64,000 nt of DNA from Candidatus Moraniibacteriota bacterium (GTDB lineage Bacteria > Patescibacteriota > Minisyncoccia > Moranbacterales > UBA1568): assembly GCA_052034975.1 (NCBI GenBank), contig JBPOIA010000002.1, positions 3,461 to 67,460 of the forward strand, given 5' to 3'. The position numbers and the translations under genes were made by a program. The notes below the pieces were generated by a model. The model did no database searches. It was not told where the DNA came from and saw nothing but the letters and a program-made list of their open reading frames with translations. This document shows, in pieces, positions 28,750 through 40,573 of the stretch; within the stretch, counting starts at the first letter, position 1; every line of letters starts with the position of its first letter.

Positions 28750-29667
28750 TTACACCGCGACGGGCGCCTTGATGGCCTCGTGCGACTGATAACCTTCGAG
28801 TGTGAAGTCGCCGATCGTGAAATCGAAGATATTCTTCACTTCCGGATTCAGTCTCATCTTCGGGAGCGGCAGCGGCTCACGCGAGAGCTGAAGCTTCACT
28901 TGCTCGAAATGATTGTTGTAGATGTGCGTGTCACCACCGGTCCAAACGAATTCGCCGGGTTCGAGGTCGCACACCTGTGCCATCATCATCGTAAGGAGCG
29001 CATACGAAGCGATGTTGAACGGCACACCGAGGAACGTGTCACAGCTCCGTTGGTAGAGCTGGCACGACAGTTTGCCATCGGCGACGTAAAACTGGAAGAG
29101 ACAGTGGCACGGTGGCAGGCCTGCCTCAGCCATTTTCTCGATATCCGCCACGTTCCACGCGGACACGATCATCCGGCGCGAATCGGGAGATTTCTTCAGC
29201 TGTTCAACGATTTGCGCGATCTGATCGATATACCGACCATCCGGTGTAGGCCAACTGCGCCACTGGTAGCCATAGATGGGACCAAGTTCACCGTACTCAT
29301 CGGCAAACATCTCGTCAGCCTTGATGCTCCGGAGAAATTGCTCGAGTCCACGGTTCCATTCTTCGGATCCACTCTTTGGAATCGGTTGTCCTGTTCTCTT
29401 GAGATACGCCTTGTACGGCCACGAATCCCAGATATGAACATCGCGATCGGCAAGATATTTCAGATTGGAATCACCGTTCAAAAACCAGATGAGTTCCTCG
29501 ATGATGCCGCGCGTGAACATCTTTTTGGTCGTAACGAGCGGAAATCCTTCCGCAAGATCGAAACGCATCTGATAGCCAAACACGCTCTTTGTTCCCGTAC
29601 CAGTACGATCAGTCTTCGTCGTACCGTTCTCCATAATGTGTCGCAGAAGGTCGAGATATTGTCGCAT
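28750..29667 (-). CDS. thyA: thymidylate synthase (long form with small-domain insertion)
   Basis: [33 protein letters not shown]. Confidence 0.98.
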   Translation of the reverse strand: MRQYLDLLRHIMENGTTKTDRTGTGTKSVFGYQMRFDLAEGFPLVTTKKMFTRGIIEELIWFLNGDSNLKYLADRDVHIWDSWPYKAYLKRTGQPIPKSGSEEWNRGLEQFLRSIKADEMFADEYGELGPIYGYQWRSWPTPDGRYIDQIAQIVEQLKKSPDSRRMIVSAWNVADIEKMAEAGLPPCHCLFQFYVADGKLSCQLYQRSCDTFLGVPFNIASYALLTMMMAQVCDLEPGEFVWTGGDTHIYNNHFEQVKLQLSREPLPLPKMRLNPEVKNIFDFTIGDFTLEGYQSHEAIKAPVAV

Positions 29668-29724
29668 AATCTTCTCCTTGAAAGAACGAAAATCCTCCGT
29701 ACGGAGGATTTTCCCATATTTCGG

Positions 29725-30285
29725 CTAAAAGTTCAAATGCATCTTGGAAGCCTGTGGCTTCTTATCGCCGAGATACTTGCTGTTGAGGCCTTTGGAGCCA
29801 TACGGCCGATCGCACGGCGAGGAGAGGTATTCGAACGCCATCTGACCAATCGGCATCTTGTAATAGAGTTTGATCGGAAGTCTGCCCGCATTGTAAAGTT
29901 CGAGCGTCATCTTGAGCGAATTTCCCGGATCAAGATAGCCGGCCGTCGTATGGATAATGAGACCGAGTCGGCCGAGCGAGCTCTTCCCTTCCAATCGGCC
30001 GACGAGCTTTCCAGACACGCCGGTCTCTTCGTAAATGAGACCGAGTGCAAATTCGTTCGGATGAAGGATAAATGGCTCGTCATTCTTGATTTCCACCGCT
30101 TTCATCAGGTTCTTGGCGGGACTTTTCGGATCGATGACGAAATTCTTGGTCGTATCGAAGACGAGGAAATGCTTATCGAGATGCAGATCGACACTTGCCG
30201 GCTGCACGTATTCTCGCTTGAAAGGCTTGAGCGTGATCTCACCGCTCTTGATCTCCTTGATGATGTCGCGATCCGAAAGGATCAT
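29725..30285 (-). CDS. dcd: dCTP deaminase
   Basis: MILSDRDI, QPASVDL, EGKSSLGRLG, TAGYLDPG, TLE. Confidence 0.95.
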   Translation of the reverse strand: MILSDRDIIKEIKSGEITLKPFKREYVQPASVDLHLDKHFLVFDTTKNFVIDPKSPAKNLMKAVEIKNDEPFILHPNEFALGLIYEETGVSGKLVGRLEGKSSLGRLGLIIHTTAGYLDPGNSLKMTLELYNAGRLPIKLYYKMPIGQMAFEYLSSPCDRPYGSKGLNSKYLGDKKPQASKMHLNF

Positions 30286-30346
30286 AGGACGGATTATAAC
30301 GTGTTAGATCCTGAACAAGAACAGGCACGCTCTTTATTGTCGGGAA

Positions 30347-31036
30347 TCACATTTTCACCGCGATGCCAGGACCCATTGTCGAACATATCGTGATGGAGCG
30401 GATGAGCCTGCCCTTCGTGTTTTCTGGCTTCGCTTTCTGGAGAGTCTCGAAAAACACCCGATAATTTTCGAGTAACTGATCGGGAGAAAAGGAAAGTTTG
30501 CCGATCACCTGATGCACATTGCCGGTATCGTCATTCTTGAAGCTTACTTTCTTGCCTTTTTTCAGCATCTCGACGGTCTCCTTGATCTTCGGCGTCACGG
30601 TTTCCGTCTTCGGTGATGGCATCATACCCTTCGGACCCAGGATCTTGGCGACAACCGCAAGTTTCGGCATCATCTCCGGCGTCGCAAGAAGCACGTTAAA
30701 CGCGACTCCCGGAACGATCTTACCGTTTTTGATATCGGCGATCAATTCCTCACCACCTACTATATCCGCTTCGGCTTCCTTGGCCTCTTTTTCTTTGGTT
30801 GAAGTTGCAACGGCGACTTTCTGTGTACGACCGGTGCCGTGTGGCAGAACAACCGTAGCACGTACCATCTCGTCCGTCTTTTTGGCGTTGATACCGAGAC
30901 GGATATGCACCTCGACGGATTCATCGAATTTGGCCGTCTTGTTCTCTTTAAGGAACGCGAATGCTTCCTCCGGGGCGTATTCCTTCCCTGCTTCAAGTTT
31001 TTCTACCTTGTTACGATACTGTTTCCCGTGTTTCAT
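30347..31036 (-). CDS. rplA: 50S ribosomal protein L1
   Basis: KFDESVE, LPHGTG, KILGPKGMMP, STMGPG; start placed at MKHGK, downstream of the operator motif. Confidence 0.95.
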   Translation of the reverse strand: MKHGKQYRNKVEKLEAGKEYAPEEAFAFLKENKTAKFDESVEVHIRLGINAKKTDEMVRATVVLPHGTGRTQKVAVATSTKEKEAKEAEADIVGGEELIADIKNGKIVPGVAFNVLLATPEMMPKLAVVAKILGPKGMMPSPKTETVTPKIKETVEMLKKGKKVSFKNDDTGNVHQVIGKLSFSPDQLLENYRVFFETLQKAKPENTKGRLIRSITICSTMGPGIAVKM

Positions 31037-31046
31037 AGCTTTGCTC

Positions 31047-31075
31047 GTGGTCATAACGGCCGACCGGCCTGCCAC
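31047..31075 (-). promoter_or_regulatory. probable L1 autoregulatory operator between rplK and rplA
   Basis: GTGG-CAG-GCC-ggtc-GGC-CGTTATG-ACCAC matches the GUGG.AG-stem-ACCAC L1-binding pattern. Confidence 0.55.
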
Positions 31076-31087
31076 AAAAAATAATGC

Positions 31088-31513
31088 TTAACCTCCAATT
31101 TTGATACCCATCGAACGGGCCGAGCCTTCAATGATCTTCATTGCCGCTTCAACATCATTCGCGTTAAGATCGGCCATTTTCTTCTCGGCGATCTCGCGTA
31201 CTTGGGCTTTGGTTACCGTGCCTACCTTGTCTTTCAACGGATTTCCCGCTCCTTTCTCCACCTTGGCCGCCTTCTTCAAAAGGTCCGAGGCCGGAGAGGT
31301 CTTGAGAACAAACGAGAACGAACGATCCTCATAGACGGTGATTTCCGCCGGAACGATATCGCCCATCCGATCCTTGGTTGCCTCGTTGAACTTCGTGCAG
31401 AAATCCTGGATATTCAACCCGTGCTGACCAAGTGCCGGACCGATCGGCGGTGCCGGATTGGCCCGACCGGCGGGAACCTGGAGCTTCAAAACAGTTTTGA
31501 TTGCTTTTGCCAT
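31088..31513 (-). CDS. rplK: 50S ribosomal protein L11
   Basis: [22 protein letters not shown]. Confidence 0.98.
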   Translation of the reverse strand: MAKAIKTVLKLQVPAGRANPAPPIGPALGQHGLNIQDFCTKFNEATKDRMGDIVPAEITVYEDRSFSFVLKTSPASDLLKKAAKVEKGAGNPLKDKVGTVTKAQVREIAEKKMADLNANDVEAAMKIIEGSARSMGIKIGG

Positions 31514-31532
31514 ACTCAGAAAACATTAATCC

Positions 31533-32078
31533 TTATACTTTCTTCACCTGGAGGAAATCCAGCTCGACCGGCGTTTCGCGACCGAAAATCGAAACCAGCA
31601 CCTTTACCTTACCGCGCTCATCATCGACTTCCTGGATCTTGCCGTCGAAATCTTTAAACGGGCCGTCAGCGATCTTCACTGCATCACCAAGACGGACATC
31701 GATCTTGTATTTCGGCTCAGCGACACCCATTCGTTTCTTGAGCGATTCGATTTCCTTCGGATCGATCGGGGTCGGAGTCGTTCCAAGACCGATAAAACCG
31801 GTCACGTTCGGCGTATTGCGCACCACATACCACGATGCATCCGTTACGATCATATCGACGAGAACGTACCCGGGATAGATGCGTTCTTCCACCACGACGC
31901 GCTTGCCACCCTTGATTTTGATCTTCTTTTCCTTTGGCACGAGCACGTCGAAGATCATCTCCTGCATATCCATCGATTCGATACGCTGCTTCAAGTTGCG
32001 GGAAACGTTGTCCTCGTATCCCGAATACGTGTGGAGCACATACCAGGCACGGCCGTGATGCTGGGTCTGTTTCGCCAT
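31533..32078 (-). CDS. nusG: transcription factor NusG
   Basis: WYVLHTYSGYE, PGYVLV, VRNTPNVTGF, IFGRETPVEL. Confidence 0.98.
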   Translation of the reverse strand: MAKQTQHHGRAWYVLHTYSGYEDNVSRNLKQRIESMDMQEMIFDVLVPKEKKIKIKGGKRVVVEERIYPGYVLVDMIVTDASWYVVRNTPNVTGFIGLGTTPTPIDPKEIESLKKRMGVAEPKYKIDVRLGDAVKIADGPFKDFDGKIQEVDDERGKVKVLVSIFGRETPVELDFLQVKKV

Positions 32079-32099
32079 ATCGCTAAAAATTTATGAAAA

Positions 32100-32288
32100 T
32101 TACCGCGAGAGCAGATACCGCTCTACGAGAAAACTAAACAGAAAATCGAGACTTCCGAGAAACACTGCCATCGCGAAACTCATCACTATCACCAGCATCG
32201 TATACTGGATGATCTGCCGACGCGAAGGCCAATTCACACGAGCGAGCTCTGCCTTGGCCTCACCGAGAAAAGTGACTATGTTTCGCAT
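32100..32288 (-). CDS. secE: preprotein translocase subunit SecE
   Basis: ELARVNWPSR plus one TM; upstream of nusG. Confidence 0.95.
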   Translation of the reverse strand: MRNIVTFLGEAKAELARVNWPSRRQIIQYTMLVIVMSFAMAVFLGSLDFLFSFLVERYLLSR

Positions 32289-32399
32289 AACGCATCAACC
32301 GAAAGTTCCCCTCTTAAAAAAAGCCCCGAGGGCTTTGTAAAAGAAGAATATCAGAAAACCACTCCCCCGTCAACACTTCGGATGTCTGACTAAAAATGC

Positions 32400-32930
32400 T
32401 CAAAAAAGCTCCACTTCGTCGAAGAATTTCCTGTACAACTCCAGGCATTTTTCGGTTTCCTCGCGCGAAAGCGGAAAATCTTTTTCGTGCACCACGCGAT
32501 TACGGACCGTATGGGCTTCAACCAGCAATTCCCTGGTCTCAAGCTGGCCACCTTTTACGTTTCCAAGCTTCTCGCCCATCGTCGCTCCAGAATACCCGAT
32601 GCCGCCAAGGATCTCTTCCGCCAGCGTATCTGCTTCCAATAATGCCACCTTATACTGCGACGGATTCTCATCTTCCAGCCGGACCAATATCTTCTCCCAG
32701 CGCTTGATGAGCGCCGACCGGGAAACAAGCGGGCGATCGGATGCAAAAAGGGCTTTCTTTAAATCACCAGAGATTCCCCGGAGAACGAGCAGAAGGACTA
32801 TATCGACGAAAAGCACGACCACATAGACGAAGAGGAAAAATTTGATCGCTGCAATAAAGAAGGAACCCGAAAAAAACGCCATTCCCTGCGTCACCCCCTC
32901 AAAGACAATGCTTGCGATATCGGTATTCAT
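32400..32930 (-). CDS. membrane-anchored hypothetical protein
   Basis: TM followed by ALLEAD...GATMGEKL...AHTVRNRVVHE (HEPN-like Rx4H tail). Confidence 0.8.
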   Translation of the reverse strand: MNTDIASIVFEGVTQGMAFFSGSFFIAAIKFFLFVYVVVLFVDIVLLLVLRGISGDLKKALFASDRPLVSRSALIKRWEKILVRLEDENPSQYKVALLEADTLAEEILGGIGYSGATMGEKLGNVKGGQLETRELLVEAHTVRNRVVHEKDFPLSREETEKCLELYRKFFDEVELF

Positions 32931-32962
32931 ACACGTTTCTTTTTAGACAGACTCTTTTATTC

Positions 32963-34420
32963 TTATGAACGGACTTCCTGGCGTTCAAAGGCGGCCGCCG
33001 CACACAAAATCGATTCTTCATCGAACCATTTTCCTGTCAGTTGTCCGCCAATCGGAAGCTCTTTTCCTTCTTCTTCGATCGTCCCGATCGGAAACGATAT
33101 CGCCGGCACTCCCGCCAAATTGGCCGTCACCGTATACACGTCGGAAAGGTACATCTTGAGCGGATCATCGGCTTTCTCGCCGAATCGGAACGCTGCTTCC
33201 GGCGTCGTCGGCGAAAATACCAAGTCAACTCCGCGAAACGCTTCATCGAAATCTTGCCGAATGAGTGATCGGACTTTCTGCGCTTTCTTGTAATACGCAT
33301 CATAATACCCCGCCGAGAGCGCGTACGTGCCGAGCATAATGCGCCGCTTCACCTCTTCACCAAAACCGTGCCGGCGCGTATCGAGGTACGTCTCAAGAAG
33401 CGTACCGGTGTCCGTAAGCGAATCTTTTTCATCGTTTATGGATAGGCCATATCGTATTCCGTCAAAACGCGCTAGATTCGAACTTACTTCCGACGGCATC
33501 AGGATATAGTATACCGGAAGCGCATATGAGGCGTGCGGCAAAGAAATATCCTTGACCGTCATCCCGAGCGCAAGGAAACGTTCCAGTGCCTTTTTGGCCA
33601 CGGTGTGAACACGTCTATCGAGATGTTCAGAAAAGTATTCCCTCGGTACACCGATGGTCATTCCGGAAACATCCCGGTGAAGCCCGTCTTCGAATCGTTT
33701 TCCGGTATCAGCCGAAGCGGTCGTCGCATCAGAAGGATCGTTTCCCGCGATCCGCGAAAAAACGATAGCCGCGTCTTCGACGCTGGTCGTAAGCGGACCG
33801 ATCTGATCGAGACTCGACGCCATAGCAAGCAATCCGTACCGGGAGACTCGTCCGTACGTTGGCTTGAGCCCGACGATGCCGCAGAATGATGCCGGCTGCC
33901 TGATCGAGCCACCCGTATCGGATCCAAGCGCAAACACCGCTTCTCCCGCCGCCACTGCCGCCGCCGAACCACCGGATGAGCCACCAGGCACCCGATCCGT
34001 ATCGACAGGATTCTTCGTTTTTTGATACGCGCTTGATTCTGTGGACGATCCCATCGCGAATTCATCCATATTGGTCTTGCCGAGCACTACCGAATGGACA
34101 TCTTTCAGCTTCTTCACGACGGTCGCGTCGTACGGAGCGATATAGTTATCGAGAATTTTCGAACCGGCCGTCGTGCGCGTATTCCCTATACAGATATTAT
34201 CCTTGATCGCACCGGGAATACCCGTAAGGAGATCTGTCCCTTCACCCGTTTTCAACCGTTCATCGGCATACGCCGCTTCTCGAAGCGCTTGTTCCTCAAA
34301 AAGCGTCAGGTAGGCACCAATATCGCTGTCTTTCTCCTTGATCGCGCCAAAAAAACGCTCCGTCAATCCGACAGATGTTTCCGCTCCGGCTATCAGTTTT
34401 TCGTGCAATTCTCGGATCAT
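32963..34420 (-). CDS. gatA: Glu-tRNA amidotransferase subunit A
   Basis: GKTNMDEFAMGSS, PGGSSGGSAA, GSDTGGSIRQP. Confidence 0.98.
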   Translation of the reverse strand: MIRELHEKLIAGAETSVGLTERFFGAIKEKDSDIGAYLTLFEEQALREAAYADERLKTGEGTDLLTGIPGAIKDNICIGNTRTTAGSKILDNYIAPYDATVVKKLKDVHSVVLGKTNMDEFAMGSSTESSAYQKTKNPVDTDRVPGGSSGGSAAAVAAGEAVFALGSDTGGSIRQPASFCGIVGLKPTYGRVSRYGLLAMASSLDQIGPLTTSVEDAAIVFSRIAGNDPSDATTASADTGKRFEDGLHRDVSGMTIGVPREYFSEHLDRRVHTVAKKALERFLALGMTVKDISLPHASYALPVYYILMPSEVSSNLARFDGIRYGLSINDEKDSLTDTGTLLETYLDTRRHGFGEEVKRRIMLGTYALSAGYYDAYYKKAQKVRSLIRQDFDEAFRGVDLVFSPTTPEAAFRFGEKADDPLKMYLSDVYTVTANLAGVPAISFPIGTIEEEGKELPIGGQLTGKWFDEESILCAAAAFERQEVRS

Positions 34421-34442
34421 ACTTTAAAAAAAATCCGAAGCT

Positions 34443-34730
34443 CTAAAATACCGACTTCACTTTCAAAAACCCTTCCTTCGAATCAGGAAAATTCTTTTTC
34501 AGCGTCTCCTTGCCGGCCGCATCGAAATCTTCCGTTCGGTCCGAACGCGTCCGGTCCGTTATTCCGATATTCTGCCCGATGGGCGCGACATTCTCCGTAT
34601 CAAGTGATTGGAGCTCGCCGAAAAAATCCAAAACCGCGGAAAGATCTTCCTGATATTTCGGGACTTCTTCATCTGTAAGGCCGATACGGGCCAACAGGGC
34701 GATATGTTTCACTTCGTCCTTGGAGAGCAT
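34443..34730 (-). CDS. gatC: amidotransferase subunit C
   Basis: EVKHIALLARI, FLKVKSVF; upstream of gatA. Confidence 0.92.
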   Translation of the reverse strand: MLSKDEVKHIALLARIGLTDEEVPKYQEDLSAVLDFFGELQSLDTENVAPIGQNIGITDRTRSDRTEDFDAAGKETLKKNFPDSKEGFLKVKSVF

Positions 34731-34743
34731 AGGGGATAAATCC

Positions 34744-34821
34744 AAAGTTCAAATGATTTGAAATTCTTCGACATTCGGATTTCAAAAATTGATTCGGTAT
34801 TTGAGTTTTTGATTTTGAACT

Positions 34822-34823
<2 letters not shown>
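34744..34823. repeat. heptamer-periodic AT-rich stem-loop with 10-bp terminal inverted repeat
   Basis: AAAGTTCAAA...TTTGAACTTT with an inner TTTGAAATTC/GGATTTCAAA stem. Confidence 0.65.
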
Positions 34824-36984
<2,161 letters not shown>

Positions 36985-37066
36985 TCAGTATACCAATTTT
37001 TCGACCAAAACGAAAGAAAAAAACCTTCAGGAAGAAGGTTTCGCTCTCTGTTTGAAAATCGGTTCT

Positions 37067-37633
37067 TTATTGTAATCCGATGTATCCGTAATCCCGGAGC
37101 GAGGCGGTCGATTGGATGCGCGCCGTATGTGTCGCGCCTTCGCTGATTTCGAGCGAGGCGGTGACTTTTCCGACCGTCATCGGACTCGGTGAGGATGGTG
37201 TTATGATGAAATTCCCGCTGATAACACCGGTGCTGATCGTCGAAAACGTACCGAGACCCATTCCGGCGCAGGTCGGCACATCGGCTGCCGCCGCGCGCGC
37301 CACCTGAAGCATACTAGAATTGATACGGTACTGAAAACAGATTCCTTGGGAATGATCATAGAATTTCACCGATTGTGAGTTGACCAACGTCCCGGAAGAC
37401 GGGCTAACGATCGAACTTGTGCGCAGCTCCTTGGCCATCGTGTTGAGCGAATACTGGGCATTCTCAACATCACGCTGGACGGCTTTCGTGTTGCGGTACC
37501 CGGCGAACGCCTGCGAGAAAATCTGCGAGATCGCGAGCATAACGATGGTAAATGTGAACATCGCTACCAAAAGCTCGATCATCGTGAATCCTGCCTTGCT
37601 TACCGTGATATTTCTTATGGATCTCTGAACCAT
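37067..37633 (-). CDS. type IV minor pilin (PilW/PulJ-like)
   Basis: GFTMIELLV prepilin motif. Confidence 0.85.
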   Translation of the reverse strand: MVQRSIRNITVSKAGFTMIELLVAMFTFTIVMLAISQIFSQAFAGYRNTKAVQRDVENAQYSLNTMAKELRTSSIVSPSSGTLVNSQSVKFYDHSQGICFQYRINSSMLQVARAAAADVPTCAGMGLGTFSTISTGVISGNFIITPSSPSPMTVGKVTASLEISEGATHTARIQSTASLRDYGYIGLQ

Positions 37634-37642
37634 ATGTTCGCA

Positions 37643-38206
37643 TTATTTCCAATTCGCCAGCCGTGCTTCCGTAAACACGCATTTGTTTGCAATCGAACAG
37701 CCGGCCGAGCTTCCGCTTGAAGGTGGCAATGACGCGCTGCTCCAAAAAACAAAGCTTCGTACCAGGGCCTGATCGCTCCCGTTATAATCCACATAGATAT
37801 AGCGTGAGAAACGTTCCTGCCCTCCACCAAAATGCCCGTAGAGACCCCCTGCGTATTGGAGATAATACCGATTTACTCCTCCTTGTGCGGCGTTGCAGTC
37901 AAGCGATGCGATGGAATCATTATAATCGATGCGGCAATGTTTGTTTGGATTGCTGAATGCCGCGAATCCTCCTCCGCCGGAAGCAAAATCATTGTCACGC
38001 GCGTTCCGAATGAGTTCGACACCTTCCTGTGCCAGCTCGGCAGCAATGATGGTATCCCGGCTCTCGATCGAATGCCTGTATCCGGACGCGATGAGTGCCG
38101 TCATCGCGGTCAATCCGACGGTCAGAATAAAAGACCCGAGAAGCACTTCCCCGAACGAAAATCCTCTCAGCGTTTTTTTGAAAAAGAATTTCTTTATGGA
38201 TACCAT
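37643..38206 (-). CDS. type IV minor pilin (PilV-like)
   Basis: GFSFGEVLL; AAELAQEGVELIRNARD. Confidence 0.85.
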   Translation of the reverse strand: MVSIKKFFFKKTLRGFSFGEVLLGSFILTVGLTAMTALIASGYRHSIESRDTIIAAELAQEGVELIRNARDNDFASGGGGFAAFSNPNKHCRIDYNDSIASLDCNAAQGGVNRYYLQYAGGLYGHFGGGQERFSRYIYVDYNGSDQALVRSFVFWSSASLPPSSGSSAGCSIANKCVFTEARLANWK

Positions 38207-38211
38207 ACGCG

Positions 38212-38727
38212 TTACGGACAGGTCGATCCATCAAGTTCATTGATAAGTCCCGTGGCATACACGCACACCACACGGGATATCCCCTGCTTGGTCAGTACGA
38301 TCGCCATACTCCCGCTTCCAAAATTAAGCGTCGCGTGAGGAAGGGTGAAATAGAAATTGTCCGCGCCGCTGAATGCGACGCCGTTTTTGAGCACATAGCT
38401 CGACACCGGCGACGTCTGGGTGCACAATTCAGATGCGTTCTTGTACCAGTACGTCATACTGTACCCGGATCCGGACCAGCTCACCTGATACCGGCACGGT
38501 GTGGTAGCAGCCACCGTCTGTTTTCCCGTCAGGGCGTTATTCTGTGCCTCGCGCACGAGCCCGACGACTTCCCGGGCATTGCCTTCAAGCTCCCGGCGGA
38601 TCTGGTTATTCCCGAACGTCACAAGCATAATACTCGCCCCGACCGATACGATCGATATGACGATCAGAAGCTCGATCAGAGTGAATCCGGCATTCTTTCT
38701 CAAAAAATGTTTTTGTTTTTTTGGCAT
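38212..38727 (-). CDS. type IV minor pilin (FimT/FimU-like)
   Basis: [10 protein letters not shown]; REAQNNAL. Confidence 0.85.
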   Translation of the reverse strand: MPKKQKHFLRKNAGFTLIELLIVISIVSVGASIMLVTFGNNQIRRELEGNAREVVGLVREAQNNALTGKQTVAATTPCRYQVSWSGSGYSMTYWYKNASELCTQTSPVSSYVLKNGVAFSGADNFYFTLPHATLNFGSGSMAIVLTKQGISRVVCVYATGLINELDGSTCP

Positions 38728-38768
38728 AGCTTGGCACCTCCAAGTATAGCAGTATTTTGCGTTTTTCC

Positions 38769-39557
38769 CTAGAGGATAAATAGTCGCGCGATATCCGGAG
38801 AAAACCGAGGGAAAAACAGCGTAAAAAAAGTTCCCGCGACCAAAAACGGGGCAAATGGAACCTGCGTCTTGAGCGTTTTGCCATCAAGGATGATCGCCGC
38901 GATACCAACGGCCGCACCAAGCATAAACGACACCGTCAACATAAAAAGTGCTGCCGGCAATCCGACAATCGTTCCCGCCGCGAGCCCGAGCCAGACATCT
39001 CCCCATCCCATCCACGTCTCTTTGGACACATACACAAGCACAAAGAAGAACGCACTGACAATCATTCCGCCGAGCATCCCCAATCCCAAACGGCTCGTAA
39101 GGAGCGGTTCCCCTAGACGGAATTCCGAAAATAGAAAAAGAAGCGTGATCCCGATACTTATATATAACGGAAGAAGTGGGATTTCCATATGCCGCAGATC
39201 ATAGGCCGCGATGACGACAAAACAAGCGATGATACCGAGAAGCCACGCCGTTTCCGTCCACGTCGACCAATCAGCATATGAGAAGAAATATTCTCCCGAA
39301 AGCGCAAATAGGACGGCTGTCAGGATTTCGACCGTCGGATACTGCCAAGAAATCCGCTTTTTGCAATCGCGACATTTTCCGCGAAGCAGCACAAACGAGA
39401 GGGCTGGAATATTATCGTACCAACGGATCTGATGCCCGCAAGAACGACAAAACGATCGACCCAGGAGCGTTTCGTTTCCCTGCAGCCGGCAAATCACAAC
39501 ATTCAAAAAACTTCCGATAATCAGTCCGGAAACGAAAAAAAAGATAGTCATCAACAT
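38769..39557 (-). CDS. pilD: prepilin peptidase (A24)
   Basis: GSFLNVVICR, CRSC/CRDC zinc site, YDLRH, MGWGD, VPFAPFL; start corrected to ATG 39557. Confidence 0.93.
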   Translation of the reverse strand: MLMTIFFFVSGLIIGSFLNVVICRLQGNETLLGRSFCRSCGHQIRWYDNIPALSFVLLRGKCRDCKKRISWQYPTVEILTAVLFALSGEYFFSYADWSTWTETAWLLGIIACFVVIAAYDLRHMEIPLLPLYISIGITLLFLFSEFRLGEPLLTSRLGLGMLGGMIVSAFFFVLVYVSKETWMGWGDVWLGLAAGTIVGLPAALFMLTVSFMLGAAVGIAAIILDGKTLKTQVPFAPFLVAGTFFTLFFPRFSPDIARLFIL

Positions 39558-39667
39558 ATATCCATAGTATACCGCTCCCAAGAAATCGTTGCAAAGCATT
39601 TTCCTTAAAGAAAACTCCGCCTGATGACAGACGGAGTCTTGATCTCGGTTTTCAGCAAAGAAACCGA

Positions 39668-40033
39668 TTAGTTGCAGCCGGCACCGGCATACGTCGTTCC
39701 CGTATTCGTCACGGTCGCCGTACACACGATAGCCGTGTTTACCGGAGCTGCTGTGATAGTAAATGTGCCACTTCCAGCTGCGCCACAGCTCGATGCGCTG
39801 AACGTTGCTGCCCAGTTCGTCGTCGTCGTATCGGTCGGAGCCGTCGGAGCGGCCGTGTCGCACTGGAGCAAGAAACCAGCCACCGCGCCGGCAGTCTCGG
39901 ACTTGAACGCCGCGAGCTGTGCCTTGGTCCGAGCATTACTCAAGCTCACCAGCACGATCGACGCCAAGATACCGATGATCGCGATGACGATCAAAAGTTC
40001 GATAAGCGTGAATCCTTTTAATACTTTTTTCAT
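39668..40033 (-). CDS. type IV major pilin (copy 2)
   Basis: [22 protein letters not shown]; four Cys; terminator hairpin downstream (~39612-39640). Confidence 0.92.
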   Translation of the reverse strand: MKKVLKGFTLIELLIVIAIIGILASIVLVSLSNARTKAQLAAFKSETAGAVAGFLLQCDTAAPTAPTDTTTTNWAATFSASSCGAAGSGTFTITAAPVNTAIVCTATVTNTGTTYAGAGCN

Positions 40034-40080
40034 AACGCGTTTTCTTAGCTTCTCTCAAAAATTAACTTTTATGTCATCGA

Positions 40081-40452
40081 CTACGGACAACTAGCAAAAT
40101 TAGCGCCCGTTTCCGTCACGGTCGCAGTCGTACAACCGTCCGCAATCACGCCCGCCGCAAGTGGCACCGCGTCGATCGAAAATGTCCCGTTGCCGCTTGC
40201 GCCGCAGTCGGAACTATCGAACGCCGCATCCCAGTCAGTCGTTGTCGTATCGGTCGGTGGTGTCGGAGCGGCCGTATCACATTCGAGTGTAAAACTAGCG
40301 ACAGAGCCGGCCACCTCGGACTTGAACGCGGCTTTCTGTGCCTTGGTCCGAGCACCGGAAAGACTAACCAGCACAATCGACGCCAAGATACCGATGATCG
40401 CGATGACGATCAAAAGTTCGATAAGCGTGAATCCTTTTAACGTTCTTTTCAT
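40081..40452 (-). CDS. type IV major pilin (copy 1)
   Basis: [22 protein letters not shown]; AAGGAGGTG SD; four Cys. Confidence 0.92.
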   Translation of the reverse strand: MKRTLKGFTLIELLIVIAIIGILASIVLVSLSGARTKAQKAAFKSEVAGSVASFTLECDTAAPTPPTDTTTTDWDAAFDSSDCGASGNGTFSIDAVPLAAGVIADGCTTATVTETGANFASCP

Positions 40453-40573
40453 ATGCTCACCTCCTTCTCGTGTTTGTTTTTACTTTTTATTTTAAGAGCA
40501 AGGAATATATTCATTCCCTGTCTTTTTCATTATACACTATCTTTCGAAATACCGGAAGCGGATAAAAAACGCC

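Noticed and set aside
29290-29430. About 40-aa insertion in ThyA
   Set aside because: Corresponds to the known small domain of Lactobacillus casei-type thymidylate synthases
28645-30393. 582-aa plus-strand ORF
   Set aside because: Antisense shadow of thyA and dcd, with no motifs; explained by codon bias on the real strand
39558-39863. N-terminal extension of pilD in the ORF track
   Set aside because: Runs through the pilin gene and its terminator; a -10 element lies just before ATG 39557
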